Shown: positions 28,246 through 37,900 of the stretch, piece by piece | Layout of the letters: each line of letters starts with the position of its first letter | Position numbering within the stretch: the stretch's first letter is position 1 | Sequence record: OL960575.1 | DNA length: 59,778 nucleotides | Direction: 5' to 3' (one strand) | From: Escherichia phage vB_EcoS_SA80RD | Notes under the pieces: model-generated | The model's input: only the letters and a program-made list of their open reading frames with translations | What the model was told of the DNA's origin: nothing | Database searches by the model: none | Position numbers and translations under genes: made by a program

Positions 28246-29165
28246 CAGAACAACTCCATTACACGATCACGGAATGTGCCGTCATGGGTGGCGTTAATGT
28301 TTGCAGCAATTACACCATACGCCCATAAGTTGAAGGCAGCACGTGATTCATAGATTGTTGATAAACGTTCGTAAGTGAAACCGTTTTGCTCAAGGTATTT
28401 AAGGACAGCGTCTTGTTCGATTTCAGTTAATGTTGAAACATGCTTACCAAAATGATGGCGGTCCGGTGACTTATCTGATACGCGCATTGGTCCCCACGGA
28501 GGGGTAACCACACTTCCAAACGCTGCCGCTTGAATCCAGGAGGATGAGTCACAGCTATACCACGGGTAACGCTCCATAATGGTTGTGGACGTAATACCAA
28601 ACGCATGAAGTTTAATCTTAGCACGTCCGCTACCATCGCAAATATATTTGTCCCACATGCGGTCCAGCCAAGTTTTAAGCGTGTCCGTCGAACGCCCTAC
28701 CATGCCCCCAATGGTGATATACTCGTAGTTCTTCATGTAATATTCGAGATAGCGGAAGTCCTCCCCAAAGTGAAAGCAAGGTAACGGTTTAGCACCGCGT
28801 GCTTCCATTTCAAGCTGATTACGGTAGGTTTGTAACGGATCACCGATACCATCTAGTACCGATGCCATTACAGCACCATCTTCTACCCGCAGGATATCTT
28901 TATTGCGTTTGATGTACTCACAGTATTCAACAATATCAATGTGAGCGCCCAAAGAGTGCGCGGAGAATGCACCGGAATCGAGAAATACTTTAGCCCCGTC
29001 CGCACGCATCTGATCAACATACTTTTGACGTCCAACGTAGTGGTATGATTCCAAAATATGGGGCAGATTGCGCGTGATATTTTTCTCATGCTCTGACAGC
29101 TTTTCATAACGCTGCTGGCCGGGCATATAGCCGTTAGTATACACAGCCGCCATGAATACATTCAT
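28245..29165 (-). CDS. dpdA: DpdA-like 7-deazaguanine DNA transglycosylase (TGT superfamily)
   Basis: 306 aa with VFLDSGAFS active-site-like motif; embedded in the folE/queD/queE/queC cluster. Confidence 0.65.
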   Translation of the reverse strand: MNVFMAAVYTNGYMPGQQRYEKLSEHEKNITRNLPHILESYHYVGRQKYVDQMRADGAKVFLDSGAFSAHSLGAHIDIVEYCEYIKRNKDILRVEDGAVMASVLDGIGDPLQTYRNQLEMEARGAKPLPCFHFGEDFRYLEYYMKNYEYITIGGMVGRSTDTLKTWLDRMWDKYICDGSGRAKIKLHAFGITSTTIMERYPWYSCDSSSWIQAAAFGSVVTPPWGPMRVSDKSPDRHHFGKHVSTLTEIEQDAVLKYLEQNGFTYERLSTIYESRAAFNLWAYGVIAANINATHDGTFRDRVMELF

Positions 29166-29244
29166 ATCTTAAATAAACCTCCAATGACTAAAAAGCCCAT
29201 ACCAGTATTATGACCGATATGGGCTTGATCTGTAAAGCTATCTA

Positions 29245-29880
29245 TTATTTACAAGCTTCAAGGAACTCACGGCGCCAAATTTGTCCCATTTCGGTACATT
29301 GGTCAGTTTCACCGCGGAACGCTTTGGTAATAGTAGAACTGCCGCATACCTGCTTAACACCGCGCGACTCCATGCACATATGCTTGGCGTCAATATAAAC
29401 ACATACAGCTTTCGGGTTTAAATGCTCCTGAATAGCGTCTGCAATCTGGTTAGTAAGACGTTCCTGAACTTGCAGTCGACGACTAAAAGCATCCACAACG
29501 CGAGACAGCTTACTAAGCCCAACGATCTTCCCATTGGGAACATAACCCACAACAGCATGACCGATAATAGGAGCCATGTGATGCTCACAATGACTGTATA
29601 CAGGAATATCACGGACAATGACCATTTCATTGGTGTTTTCCGCCCCATCCTCAAACGTCTTAAACAGACCAGCAATATCTACATCATAACCGCTAAACCA
29701 TGTAGCATAAGCTTTAGCGACACGATCTGGAGTCTCTGCTAATCCTGGACGTAATTCAATGCAATCTTCAATCTGAGTTAGTAAAGTATGCACCGCGCGA
29801 GCAATACGGAATTGAGTACCTTCGTTATCAATAGTAAATTTTGGCATGGTTTGCAGTTTCCTTGTTGTTAATGTGGTCAT
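29245..29880 (-). CDS. folE: GTP cyclohydrolase I
   Basis: CEHHMAPIIG and GLSKLSRVVDAFSRRLQVQERLT motifs match FolE. Confidence 0.85.
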   Translation of the reverse strand: MTTLTTRKLQTMPKFTIDNEGTQFRIARAVHTLLTQIEDCIELRPGLAETPDRVAKAYATWFSGYDVDIAGLFKTFEDGAENTNEMVIVRDIPVYSHCEHHMAPIIGHAVVGYVPNGKIVGLSKLSRVVDAFSRRLQVQERLTNQIADAIQEHLNPKAVCVYIDAKHMCMESRGVKQVCGSSTITKAFRGETDQCTEMGQIWRREFLEACK

Positions 29881-29881
29881 A

Positions 29882-30418
29882 TTAAAGGCTGTAGTTAACG
29901 TGACATTTCGAAGTTTCTTCGATGGTGCATTCTACAAGTTGAACACCATGTTCGTCAAGCAGTTGCGGCCCAATTACGTTAACCATATATGCAGCTAAGT
30001 TTTCCGCAGTTGGGTTGAACGGTAAAGACACCAGCGCCTGGAAAAAGTGATCGCGGTCCTGCTCGCTCATAACTGGGTTAAAATCCCCGTCTTCGTCGCA
30101 GTAGACAAGATGTTTTAATGTGGAGATAAGTTTATCCTGTTCCCAGTGAAGGAACTTATGATCCCAGTTATCTTCCAGCCATTGACAGAGCGTAGTCTTA
30201 ACCACACTAAAGTCGATAACGCGCCCAACTTCGTCCAGTTTACCTTCAACGGAGAAACCTTTCGCGCCCGGGATGTAGTTTTCGCTTTCTACGCGCTTCG
30301 GTGCAACCTTAAAGTGAAACTTATAGTTGTGACCGTGGAGGTGGCGACATTTGCTTTCGTGACCTACAACACGATGTCCGGCGCAAATTTCATGGGAACG
30401 AATTACTGTATAGCTCAT
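29882..30418 (-). CDS. queD: 6-carboxy-5,6,7,8-tetrahydropterin synthase
   Basis: CxxxHGH zinc motif (CRHLHGHNYKF); AGAGGA RBS. Confidence 0.8.
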   Translation of the reverse strand: MSYTVIRSHEICAGHRVVGHESKCRHLHGHNYKFHFKVAPKRVESENYIPGAKGFSVEGKLDEVGRVIDFSVVKTTLCQWLEDNWDHKFLHWEQDKLISTLKHLVYCDEDGDFNPVMSEQDRDHFFQALVSLPFNPTAENLAAYMVNVIGPQLLDEHGVQLVECTIEETSKCHVNYSL

Positions 30419-30419
30419 T

Positions 30420-30689
30420 TTAATCCTCTTCTACTCTATTCATAAATTCCAAATGACGACGCATAGTTTCTTCTTTTGTGGAAGAATTAAAATGCGACCA
30501 ACCGTTATCTAAGAAGTATGCCCAGTAATATTCGCCATATTTCTTCCGCATAGCTGGGATGGGGCATTTCCTTCTTTCAAGCTTAGGATTCTGCGATTTT
30601 ATATAAGCTTGTTTTTCTTTAAGACTTAATGCTTCAAACCAATCAGCTAGCTCGTGAAACTTTAAATGACTTGGATGTACAGGAATCAT
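30420..30689 (-). CDS. hypothetical protein
   Basis: 89-aa ORF. Confidence 0.4.
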   Translation of the reverse strand: MIPVHPSHLKFHELADWFEALSLKEKQAYIKSQNPKLERRKCPIPAMRKKYGEYYWAYFLDNGWSHFNSSTKEETMRRHLEFMNRVEED

Positions 30690-31267
30690 TTTAATACCTC
30701 TTTAGACTTTTCAATTTCTAATGCACGCTGTGCTGACGCAATAATGTCTTTCAAATCTTCTACCAGATTCTTATGACCGCGTTCACCAGGCTGCAACGCC
30801 TTTTTAATCAAATGTTGTAAAGCTGGGTTAGTTGTCTTCCAAGCTTCCAAGACATCATACACGTCCACGATGCATTTTACAACATTCCCGTTTTGATCTT
30901 TACCATAAATAACTTTCTGATATTTATTCATGGGAATTTTAGACGGTTCGTACTTCGTATGAACTGCACCATTAAATGTATTACTTATGCTTATTCCAGA
31001 AGAAGGTTGATGGTACAATCCGGAGCGAGTGTTTTCGCTAGCTTGCTTGGCATAATCCTCCGCAACGATATATCGCCAAGATATAACTGAATCCCTTTCT
31101 AACGGTATTACGTTATCACAGGATTTTTTATACCAGTCCCATCCTTGCTTATGGTTTTTCTTAAGAGAACCGTCAGCTAATTGAACTTCAAACTGCTCGT
31201 TTTGAAGAAAAATGGGCATCCCTTTTCCATCATGTTTGTGCCAGATTTTATTAAGATTATCTTTCAT
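30686..31267 (-). CDS. hypothetical protein
   Basis: About 193 aa, start taken at ATG 31267. Confidence 0.4.
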   Translation of the reverse strand: MKDNLNKIWHKHDGKGMPIFLQNEQFEVQLADGSLKKNHKQGWDWYKKSCDNVIPLERDSVISWRYIVAEDYAKQASENTRSGLYHQPSSGISISNTFNGAVHTKYEPSKIPMNKYQKVIYGKDQNGNVVKCIVDVYDVLEAWKTTNPALQHLIKKALQPGERGHKNLVEDLKDIIASAQRALEIEKSKEVLK

Positions 31268-31269
31268 TT

Positions 31270-31749
31270 TTACGCTCTCGCTGTACGTGAATGAACTTCG
31301 TAAACAACCCAAAGGATGGCAGATGCTGTGAACTTGCTTAAGCTCATTGCTACCATTGATCCCGGATTAACAATACCTATAATACTTAAGAACACAATGG
31401 AGTCAATTGGTACAGCTACCAAAGAGCTGATAAATACTCGTTGATGGAAAGGCTTCTTGGTGACCGTGTATACTACATAATCCGCAAACTCACTAAGCGC
31501 AAAAGACGCAACGGATGCAACTACAACCGCAGGATCTCCGAACACCCAGCTAAGAATGCAACCAACAATCATTGCAGGGATGACGCCTTTGCCAGCGTTA
31601 CGCTGTGCGTAATCACGCAGAACAAAGATAATACCTACAAAGAAAGCCATCATTGGGACTACGCCAAGTGGCGTATTAAGCATCGGAAGGTAGGAAAAGC
31701 CCAGGTTTACGAATGTAATTGCAGCCAGATAAGCAACGATAAATTTCAT
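31270..31749 (-). CDS. YhhQ/VUT-family queuosine-precursor transporter-like membrane protein
   Basis: 159 aa with multiple TM helices; sequence pattern resembles E. coli YhhQ as recalled; GGAGAA RBS. Confidence 0.5.
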   Translation of the reverse strand: MKFIVAYLAAITFVNLGFSYLPMLNTPLGVVPMMAFFVGIIFVLRDYAQRNAGKGVIPAMIVGCILSWVFGDPAVVVASVASFALSEFADYVVYTVTKKPFHQRVFISSLVAVPIDSIVFLSIIGIVNPGSMVAMSLSKFTASAILWVVYEVHSRTARA

Positions 31750-31828
31750 ACTTTTGTTCTCCAGTTTTAACAGCGCTATTCGCTGGTTGTTGGGTTTAAA
31801 AGCTTTAGTAGTATAGTTGGGTTACCGC

Positions 31829-31862
31829 ACCCTAAACAATGCGCTAGCGGTGCGGTTTTCGC
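31829..31862 (-). promoter_or_regulatory. stem-loop between queC and transporter gene
   Basis: ACCGCACC ... GGTGCGGT 8-bp stem with about 17-nt loop in the leader of the transporter gene. Confidence 0.35.
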
Positions 31863-31869
31863 GGTAAGA

Positions 31870-32592
31870 TCAAATGTGTTTGCTGTAAGCCTTATCCATA
31901 AATTCGCTATAGCCTTTAGCGCGAAGTTTACACGCTGGACATTCCCCGCAACCGTATCCCCAGTCATGCAAAGTGCGACGGACGCCGTTATAGCAAGTAT
32001 GCGACTGCTCAATTACTGTGGTTAAGAAACCAACCTTATCCGCCAGCTCAAACGTTTCTGCTTTATTTAAACGCATAAGCGGAGTAACAAAATGGATATC
32101 TGTTTCATATCCAACGTTTAACGTAGCTTCAAGCAGATCTACAAACTGCTGGCGGCAATCCGGATAACCGCTATAGTCCGTTTCACAAACGCCTGTAACC
32201 ACATATCGAGCTCCAACCTTCTGCGCGTAGGCGTGCGCGGTAGTCAGGAAAAGAGCATTACGGTTTGGCACAAAGCTTGCCGGAAGGTTGTTGTGCTGTT
32301 CGTGATGTTCGTTAACATCACCTTCGTTCCCGATTAAAGCACTATTGCCAATCTGTTTCAATGCAGGTAATTCAAAGACAACAAACGGGACATTGTGCTC
32401 TTTACAAATTTGATTAGCACAAGCCAGCTCAATGTTATGACGTTGACCGTATGCAAAACCAATAGCGTAGACTTTATCGTAGTTATTCAGTGCAAGACCT
32501 AGACAAGTCACGCTGTCCTGGCCGCCAGACAGGACGACAACGGCGGAGTTATGATTTTTTACAGGGAATACCAGTTTATCTAATTTATTCAT
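31870..32592 (-). CDS. queC: 7-cyano-7-deazaguanine synthase
   Basis: VVLSGGQDS PP-loop motif and C-terminal Cys cluster (CYNG...CGECPAC); 240 aa with no fused amidotransferase domain. Confidence 0.85.
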   Translation of the reverse strand: MNKLDKLVFPVKNHNSAVVVLSGGQDSVTCLGLALNNYDKVYAIGFAYGQRHNIELACANQICKEHNVPFVVFELPALKQIGNSALIGNEGDVNEHHEQHNNLPASFVPNRNALFLTTAHAYAQKVGARYVVTGVCETDYSGYPDCRQQFVDLLEATLNVGYETDIHFVTPLMRLNKAETFELADKVGFLTTVIEQSHTCYNGVRRTLHDWGYGCGECPACKLRAKGYSEFMDKAYSKHI

Positions 32593-32593
32593 T

Positions 32594-32782
32594 TTAGAAA
32601 CCTTTAAGGCTAATATTAAGGTTAATGACTACTTGTTCAACTACAGCTTCAGAGGTTACCTGACGCTGGTGTATCTCAAGCTCCGAATGTATTTTCTTGG
32701 ATGCAGCACGACAAATAGCGTCATTCAACTCGTCTTGTAAACGTTGAATTTTCTGCATAAGGATTACAGTTTCTTCATTCAT
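32594..32782 (-). CDS. hypothetical protein
   Basis: 62-aa ORF. Confidence 0.35.
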   Translation of the reverse strand: MNEETVILMQKIQRLQDELNDAICRAASKKIHSELEIHQRQVTSEAVVEQVVINLNISLKGF

Positions 32783-32987
32783 TTACTTCACCTTTAATAT
32801 CACAAGGGTTAATTGTTACGTTAGACATCACAATTGGATGATTGCGCGCTCCAATTGTGCTAACGTAATTAATATCTAATTCTACATGCACGCCCTGCAT
32901 AGTAGCGTGAGCAATTGAAGAATTAAGTTTTTCTACCAGCTCAGTAATCATTTCCTGATGCTGTTTCGCTTCTTCCAAAGTGATCAT
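32775..32987 (-). CDS. hypothetical protein
   Basis: About 70 aa from ATG 32987 with GAGG RBS. Confidence 0.35.
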   Translation of the reverse strand: MITLEEAKQHQEMITELVEKLNSSIAHATMQGVHVELDINYVSTIGARNHPIVMSNVTINPCDIKGEVNE

Positions 32988-32995
32988 TTTAGACC

Positions 32996-33157
32996 TCACA
33001 GAGCTGTAATAATAGAATTCGGATGCTTGTTTCGAAAATCTTGCCATTCCGCAGAAAAGAAATAGTAAGCATCGCGCCGGATCTTTCTTTTATCCATATT
33101 CGGGTACAACTTAGTCATAACACGAATATGTGAACTAATGCGTTTTAGTTTTGTCAT
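32996..33157 (-). CDS. small basic hypothetical protein (53 aa)
   Basis: ATG overlaps the queE stop (TGATG) with GGGGTGGAG RBS; below the ORF-track size cutoff. Confidence 0.25.
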   Translation of the reverse strand: MTKLKRISSHIRVMTKLYPNMDKRKIRRDAYYFFSAEWQDFRNKHPNSIITAL

Positions 33158-33864
33158 CACTCCACCCCGATATATTTGTGAACCTGAAGCTGCAACGTGT
33201 AACCGTGTTTCATACAGCTTTGGACAACGGCTTGGATATTACTGTGGTTAAGGTCTTCATCCTGCTCGTCCATTGGCTGTAAATATATCTTACCCTTGAA
33301 ACCCTTCGGAGGTCTAGCGATAAATGGCGTAGCTTGATGATCTAATGCCTGAAGCGGCAAACCATCTTCCACGTTTACACAGCACGCTTTAAGTACATAT
33401 TTAAATGCATTAGCGCGGCGCAGCACAGAAGGATGAATCTTTGAGGTCTTGGGACTACATACAATTACAGGTAACTGGGAAAAGTTCTTAGGTAAAGGCA
33501 TAGACCCATTAGTTTCAATTTGCACCAAATACTCGCGCGATAACAGTTGTTCAATAAACGGGTTAATTTGCTGACGGAACGGTTCACCCCCAGTGATAAC
33601 CACAAGTGAGGTGCTATTGCCGGATTCCAGCTTACGGCTTTCAATTAAACGCATAATATCGACAATGTGATAAAGACTACGACCAACAGTATAATCTGTA
33701 TCGCAGCCAGGGCATTGCAGATTACACCCAGCAAGACGCACAAATACAGCAGGTTGGCCGCAGAATGGACCTTCACCCTGAATGGTAGAGAATACCGAAT
33801 GCACGTCTAAATACATATCGTTTTCTTTAGAACGGGACTCGGGAGCTTGTTGATTAATATTCAT
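33157..33864 (-). CDS. queE: 7-carboxy-7-deazaguanine synthase (radical SAM)
   Basis: IQGEGPFCGQPAVFVRLAGCNLQCPGCDT matches the QueE radical-SAM Cys motif; AGAGGA RBS. Confidence 0.85.
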   Translation of the reverse strand: MNINQQAPESRSKENDMYLDVHSVFSTIQGEGPFCGQPAVFVRLAGCNLQCPGCDTDYTVGRSLYHIVDIMRLIESRKLESGNSTSLVVITGGEPFRQQINPFIEQLLSREYLVQIETNGSMPLPKNFSQLPVIVCSPKTSKIHPSVLRRANAFKYVLKACCVNVEDGLPLQALDHQATPFIARPPKGFKGKIYLQPMDEQDEDLNHSNIQAVVQSCMKHGYTLQLQVHKYIGVE

Positions 33865-33879
33865 CTTAAATCCTCTAGT

Positions 33880-33908
33880 GAAAAAGAAAGCGCCTCATTG
33901 GGCGCTTT
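33880..33908 (-). terminator. rho-independent terminator (minus strand)
   Basis: AAAGCGCC-hairpin-GGCGCTTT followed on the minus strand by CTTTCTTTTTC. Confidence 0.6.
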
Positions 33909-33933
33909 CATTATAACGTGATATGTTTTGATA

Positions 33934-34737
33934 TTACAAGCCGTTCAGGGCTTCCGGTACTGGCATAGGCACACGGCCAGTTACACCATTAAACTTCTTC
34001 CAACGTGCATACTGAGTTTTAACGGTATCTTCGTTCAGACCGTGGCGACCAGCCAGATTCAGAACATAAGAGATCGGAGCAGGCTGACCCAGCGTAGCGC
34101 TAATCTGATCCATCAGAGCCCAGGCACGACCGCAGGAAGTTTCAGGTTGTGGGCGACGAACACCATTCTGTTCAGGCATACGGTTCGCTTCTTTCGCTTT
34201 TTCACGTTCAGCTTTTTCGCGGGCTTTTTCAGCAGCCTTTTCAGCCTGTTTAGCAGCGCGGATCTTGTCTTTGAAGCTTTTGATAGACGAATCCAGTTCG
34301 TCAACCATGCTCTGAGCAGCAGTTACTGCACCGGACAGATCTTCACCTTTGGATTTTTTAACAACTGCTTTCAGCTCTTTCAGAGCATTCTTTAAATGCT
34401 TCAGCTGTTCAGAACCCTTAGATTCTGCTTCCGTAATCTGTTCAACAGTGCTTTCATCGGTAATACCGGATAAAGCAAACTTCACGGTTTCAACTGCCTG
34501 GGAAAGAGCGGTAAATTTATTTTCCGCTTCAGTACGAATTTCAGCTTGTTTCTTTTCAGCGGCAGCTTTTTTCTCTGCTTCTTTTTTCTCTTTTGCTACG
34601 CGTGCAGCTTCAGCAGCAGCGGCTTTTTTAGCTTCTGCGTCGTTAGCAGTAGCTTCTTTCTTTGCAGGCTTAGCAGATTTTGCAGCGGCAGCAGCGGCTG
34701 CGGCAGCAGCGGCTTTCTTATCTTCAATATTACTCAT
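33934..34737 (-). CDS. Ala/Lys/Glu-rich low-complexity protein with structured C-terminal domain
   Basis: ATG at 34737 with GGAGTGA RBS; poly-Ala and KAxE repeats; C-terminus ...GRAWALMDQISATLGQPAPISYVLNLAGRHGLNEDTV. Confidence 0.5.
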   Translation of the reverse strand: MSNIEDKKAAAAAAAAAAAKSAKPAKKEATANDAEAKKAAAAEAARVAKEKKEAEKKAAAEKKQAEIRTEAENKFTALSQAVETVKFALSGITDESTVEQITEAESKGSEQLKHLKNALKELKAVVKKSKGEDLSGAVTAAQSMVDELDSSIKSFKDKIRAAKQAEKAAEKAREKAEREKAKEANRMPEQNGVRRPQPETSCGRAWALMDQISATLGQPAPISYVLNLAGRHGLNEDTVKTQYARWKKFNGVTGRVPMPVPEALNGL

Positions 34738-34864
34738 TTTCTTCACTCCGAATTATTATGGGTTCGTTTGTTACCAACGGGGTTAAATGTACCAAAGGAT
34801 TTTGTGACACGCAACCCCTTACATAAACATTTTTAAAAATATTTTTGATCAGGGTTAGAACTTA

Positions 34865-35359
34865 TTAGCTCTTCGCACCTCTGCCCGGTGTCCATGCTGC
34901 TTGCAATGCGGGTTGCTCACAAATGACCCTGGCACCGGAAATAATACCACCCTCCCGTTCAGCATCGTATTTGACACGGGTAGGTTTCCAAAGTCCTTCA
35001 TCCATTGACGGAACGTATTGCCCAATTTGAGGTGAGCAAAAGCCTTGGATATCGTATTCCACACAGAATTCGGCTTGTGCGCTAATTTGGGCGTGATCCA
35101 GGATTGTTTCTGGAAGTTGCGTAAAGTAATCAGACAAAATGCGCTCAACGATTTCCCGTTCATATGGTGCAGCTCCTAAGTTTTCTGTCAGGTTAATATA
35201 AAGCATTTGAAGATCAACATCTTCAAGATCTTTTAAATCGTTTACCGGTGTTACCAGTGTTGACTCTGGACAACAGATAATTCCAAGTTGGTGTAGTGTC
35301 AGCCAATTGGGATGCTTTGCCAAGAGCTCAAATTTATCTGTATCAATTAGGACGTACAT
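34865..35359 (-). CDS. hypothetical protein
   Basis: 164-aa ORF with AGGGGA RBS. Confidence 0.45.
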   Translation of the reverse strand: MYVLIDTDKFELLAKHPNWLTLHQLGIICCPESTLVTPVNDLKDLEDVDLQMLYINLTENLGAAPYEREIVERILSDYFTQLPETILDHAQISAQAEFCVEYDIQGFCSPQIGQYVPSMDEGLWKPTRVKYDAEREGGIISGARVICEQPALQAAWTPGRGAKS

Positions 35360-35418
35360 TGCAATCCCCTATAAATAAGTAATGCCCCAATAGTAGGGGC
35401 ATTAGATGTTGAAGTCAA

Positions 35419-37395
35419 TTAGAAAGGAACGTAATCCGGATCATCTACTTGCACAGGATTAACCACATTGTTCACTGTTATACCTTGCGTATTCTGCGAA
35501 ACAATATCGTCCCAGCTTACATCATCGTTATAGCTTGGACCTTCCGTTGTTCCATCCTGACCGTATACTTTAACCTGAATTGCTTCGTCGTCCTGTGGAG
35601 CTTCAAACTTACCGAAGCACGTACCATCATAATCATAGTTCAAAATCTCAGGCCATTTCTTATTGGTATGAACTTTGATGTATTTCGGCGTTTTGAGCAT
35701 TGCAGCAACATCAAGAGCTTCTTCAATAGTCTGTGGTAAAGGTAAATGTGTCCTTTTCTTCCACCATGCAACAGCTTTACGACCTGCCCAGTCCCCATGC
35801 AGCAAAGCTACCCATTCACTGAATATTTTACTACCGCAATAATAAGTCACCTTCATTGTTGGAGGTTTAGAGCTGTCATTGCGTTTAGTGTGCTTCGCAT
35901 AAGTAACATGCGTAACTTTGAAGTCTTCAACTACTGGAATATCCTGCTTGATCAGGGCTTCCGTACTTGCAGCTTTCTTGAGTTTGGTCTGGAACTTAAA
36001 CTCATGACCGCAAAAGCCTTCTTTAACGTAATCCGTCCCGCGTAGCCTAAATCCTTTCAGATATAATTGTTGAACTTGTTCCTGTGTGACGCTGTCCATT
36101 GGGATTGGTGCGAAGCCACCGCAATAGCGAGCAGATGCATGATTATACGACCCACATACATCGCATTCTTTAACCGGAGCAGTACCAGCACCTTTTTCGC
36201 CAGGTCGCTTGGGTTTAACAGGGTCGTTAATAGGGCCCAAACGGCGCGTATTACCGCTGAAATCCAGTACAAGGCAGTTCTGCTTGGGGCTTGCTGCAAT
36301 AGCTTGTAAGCGCCCCTCCTGCGTGGAAAGATCAAACCCCTCCGCGTACACCGGACGCGTACCGCGACCCAGCATCTGGACCCATAGCACCGCCGATGCA
36401 GTGGGGCGGAGCATGATAATTAAGTCCAGCATTGGATGATCAAAACCTGTGGTTAAGACGTTATTGTTAGTTAATGCTCGAAATTCACCGCGCTTAAACT
36501 TCTCAATAATCTCGTCACGTTCTTTTGCATCAAGCTTAGAGTGAATACATCCACAGCTAATACCCATATCGTTCAGCATATCACACGCGTCTTTAGCGTG
36601 TTCAATACCAGAACAAAATATAAGCCAGCTTTGACGGTCTTCACCACATTCAATCGCTTCCTCAAGTGCGCGGAGTGTTGCGTCATCGCGGTTTACCGCA
36701 CTTTGCAGCTCACTCTGGATAAACTCACCGCCGCGTTTACCTACCCCGTTGAGGTCCAGCTCCATCTTAGTACGCTTTGGCACAACTGGAAGAAGATAAC
36801 CTTGCTCCAGGAACCAGTTGAAGGCTTCCGGAGTAGTTGCATCAAACGTTACCTTATCAAATAACGCATCATCGTCTTCGTTTTCCTTAACAATTGAACC
36901 ATACCCCAGTCGATAAGGTGTAGCAGTAAGACCGATGATTTTTAAGTAAGGGTTAACTTCACGCAATGCTGCAAAGAACTTCTTATACATTGTTGCATCA
37001 CGCGGACTAATAAGATGCGCTTCGTCCACAAAAATAAGATCAACTTTGCCGAACTTTTTCGGATGCTTAGCAACGGACGCAATCCCTGCAAAGGTAATAA
37101 GATTGTAAACTTCTTTACGCTTCAAACCCGCGCTGTAAATACCTGCTGGCGCTTCGGGCCAGACTTTCATTAATTTATCATAGTTTTGTGCAATTAACTC
37201 TTTGACGTGAGTTAACATCATTACGCGCTGGTTTGGATACCATTTGTAAAGCAGATCGAGGAACCCCGCGATAACGAGCGATTTTCCTGTCCCTGTTGGT
37301 AACAGGATCAAAGGGTTCCCCGCGTTACCCTTTTCAGCATCAAAATAGCGGAATACGCTATAAACTGCTTCCTGTTGATAATCTCTTAATTTCAT
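35419..37395 (-). CDS. SF2 DNA helicase (DEAD/DEAH-box type)
   Basis: Walker A PTGTGKS, DEAH box (VDEAH), helicase C motifs, C-terminal Cys-containing region. Confidence 0.75.
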   Translation of the reverse strand: MKLRDYQQEAVYSVFRYFDAEKGNAGNPLILLPTGTGKSLVIAGFLDLLYKWYPNQRVMMLTHVKELIAQNYDKLMKVWPEAPAGIYSAGLKRKEVYNLITFAGIASVAKHPKKFGKVDLIFVDEAHLISPRDATMYKKFFAALREVNPYLKIIGLTATPYRLGYGSIVKENEDDDALFDKVTFDATTPEAFNWFLEQGYLLPVVPKRTKMELDLNGVGKRGGEFIQSELQSAVNRDDATLRALEEAIECGEDRQSWLIFCSGIEHAKDACDMLNDMGISCGCIHSKLDAKERDEIIEKFKRGEFRALTNNNVLTTGFDHPMLDLIIMLRPTASAVLWVQMLGRGTRPVYAEGFDLSTQEGRLQAIAASPKQNCLVLDFSGNTRRLGPINDPVKPKRPGEKGAGTAPVKECDVCGSYNHASARYCGGFAPIPMDSVTQEQVQQLYLKGFRLRGTDYVKEGFCGHEFKFQTKLKKAASTEALIKQDIPVVEDFKVTHVTYAKHTKRNDSSKPPTMKVTYYCGSKIFSEWVALLHGDWAGRKAVAWWKKRTHLPLPQTIEEALDVAAMLKTPKYIKVHTNKKWPEILNYDYDGTCFGKFEAPQDDEAIQVKVYGQDGTTEGPSYNDDVSWDDIVSQNTQGITVNNVVNPVQVDDPDYVPF

Positions 37396-37898
37396 AAAGG
37401 TCTCACTGTTCCATGATTCTTGTTAAACCCGTATGTAATTTCAGCCTCTTTTCTTGTCTTTATTGCGTCTTGTAGACTTTCAAAATAACCAAGATGCAGC
37501 CGAATACCGTATACATCAATTTGAGCTTTCCATTTCTTATTTACCTTAGCCCATGTCACTCCAGGACAACCGCTCTTATTATTCGATGGTAGTTTTCTAT
37601 TATGGTTGTTATGGTATTTATTACTTTTATTTAGATTAGTTTTCCAATTATGCGTACCGTCACCATCATCATGATCAATTTCTTCAGGTTCTTCATCATA
37701 GAGCATTTTCCAGATTATGCGATGTGCGTAATAATTAAGACCGTTCATAAAAACCATAATATAGGTTTTACCATGATTAAAAGTAACTTCACTCCCTGCA
37801 ATTTGACCGTTATGGTTCCAGAATAAGTTACCGCTATCTTCGCTATAGCTAAAAATCCTATTGAGTTCTTCTTGCGTCGGTAACGGCAACCTTTTCAT
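37392..37898 (-). CDS. HNH-AP2 homing endonuclease-like protein (HNH region degenerate)
   Basis: Shares the AP2-like C-terminus (...LGYFESLQDAIKTRKEAEITYGFNKNHG) with three paralogs, but EIDHDDGDGTHN replaces the canonical EIDHINH...NRxENL; ATG 37898. Confidence 0.55.
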   Translation of the reverse strand: MKRLPLPTQEELNRIFSYSEDSGNLFWNHNGQIAGSEVTFNHGKTYIMVFMNGLNYYAHRIIWKMLYDEEPEEIDHDDGDGTHNWKTNLNKSNKYHNNHNRKLPSNNKSGCPGVTWAKVNKKWKAQIDVYGIRLHLGYFESLQDAIKTRKEAEITYGFNKNHGTVRPL

Positions 37899-37900
37899 AA

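Noticed and set aside
31829-31862. Possible preQ1 riboswitch upstream of the transporter gene
   Set aside because: The hairpin has an 8-bp stem and a long loop without the short P1 stem and A-rich tail I recall for preQ1-I aptamers; kept only as a generic stem-loop feature.
33928-34836. Three plus-strand ORFs (33928-34395, 34349-34786, 34546-34836)
   Set aside because: Antisense artefacts of the Ala/Lys-rich minus-strand gene; no RBS and implausible sequence.
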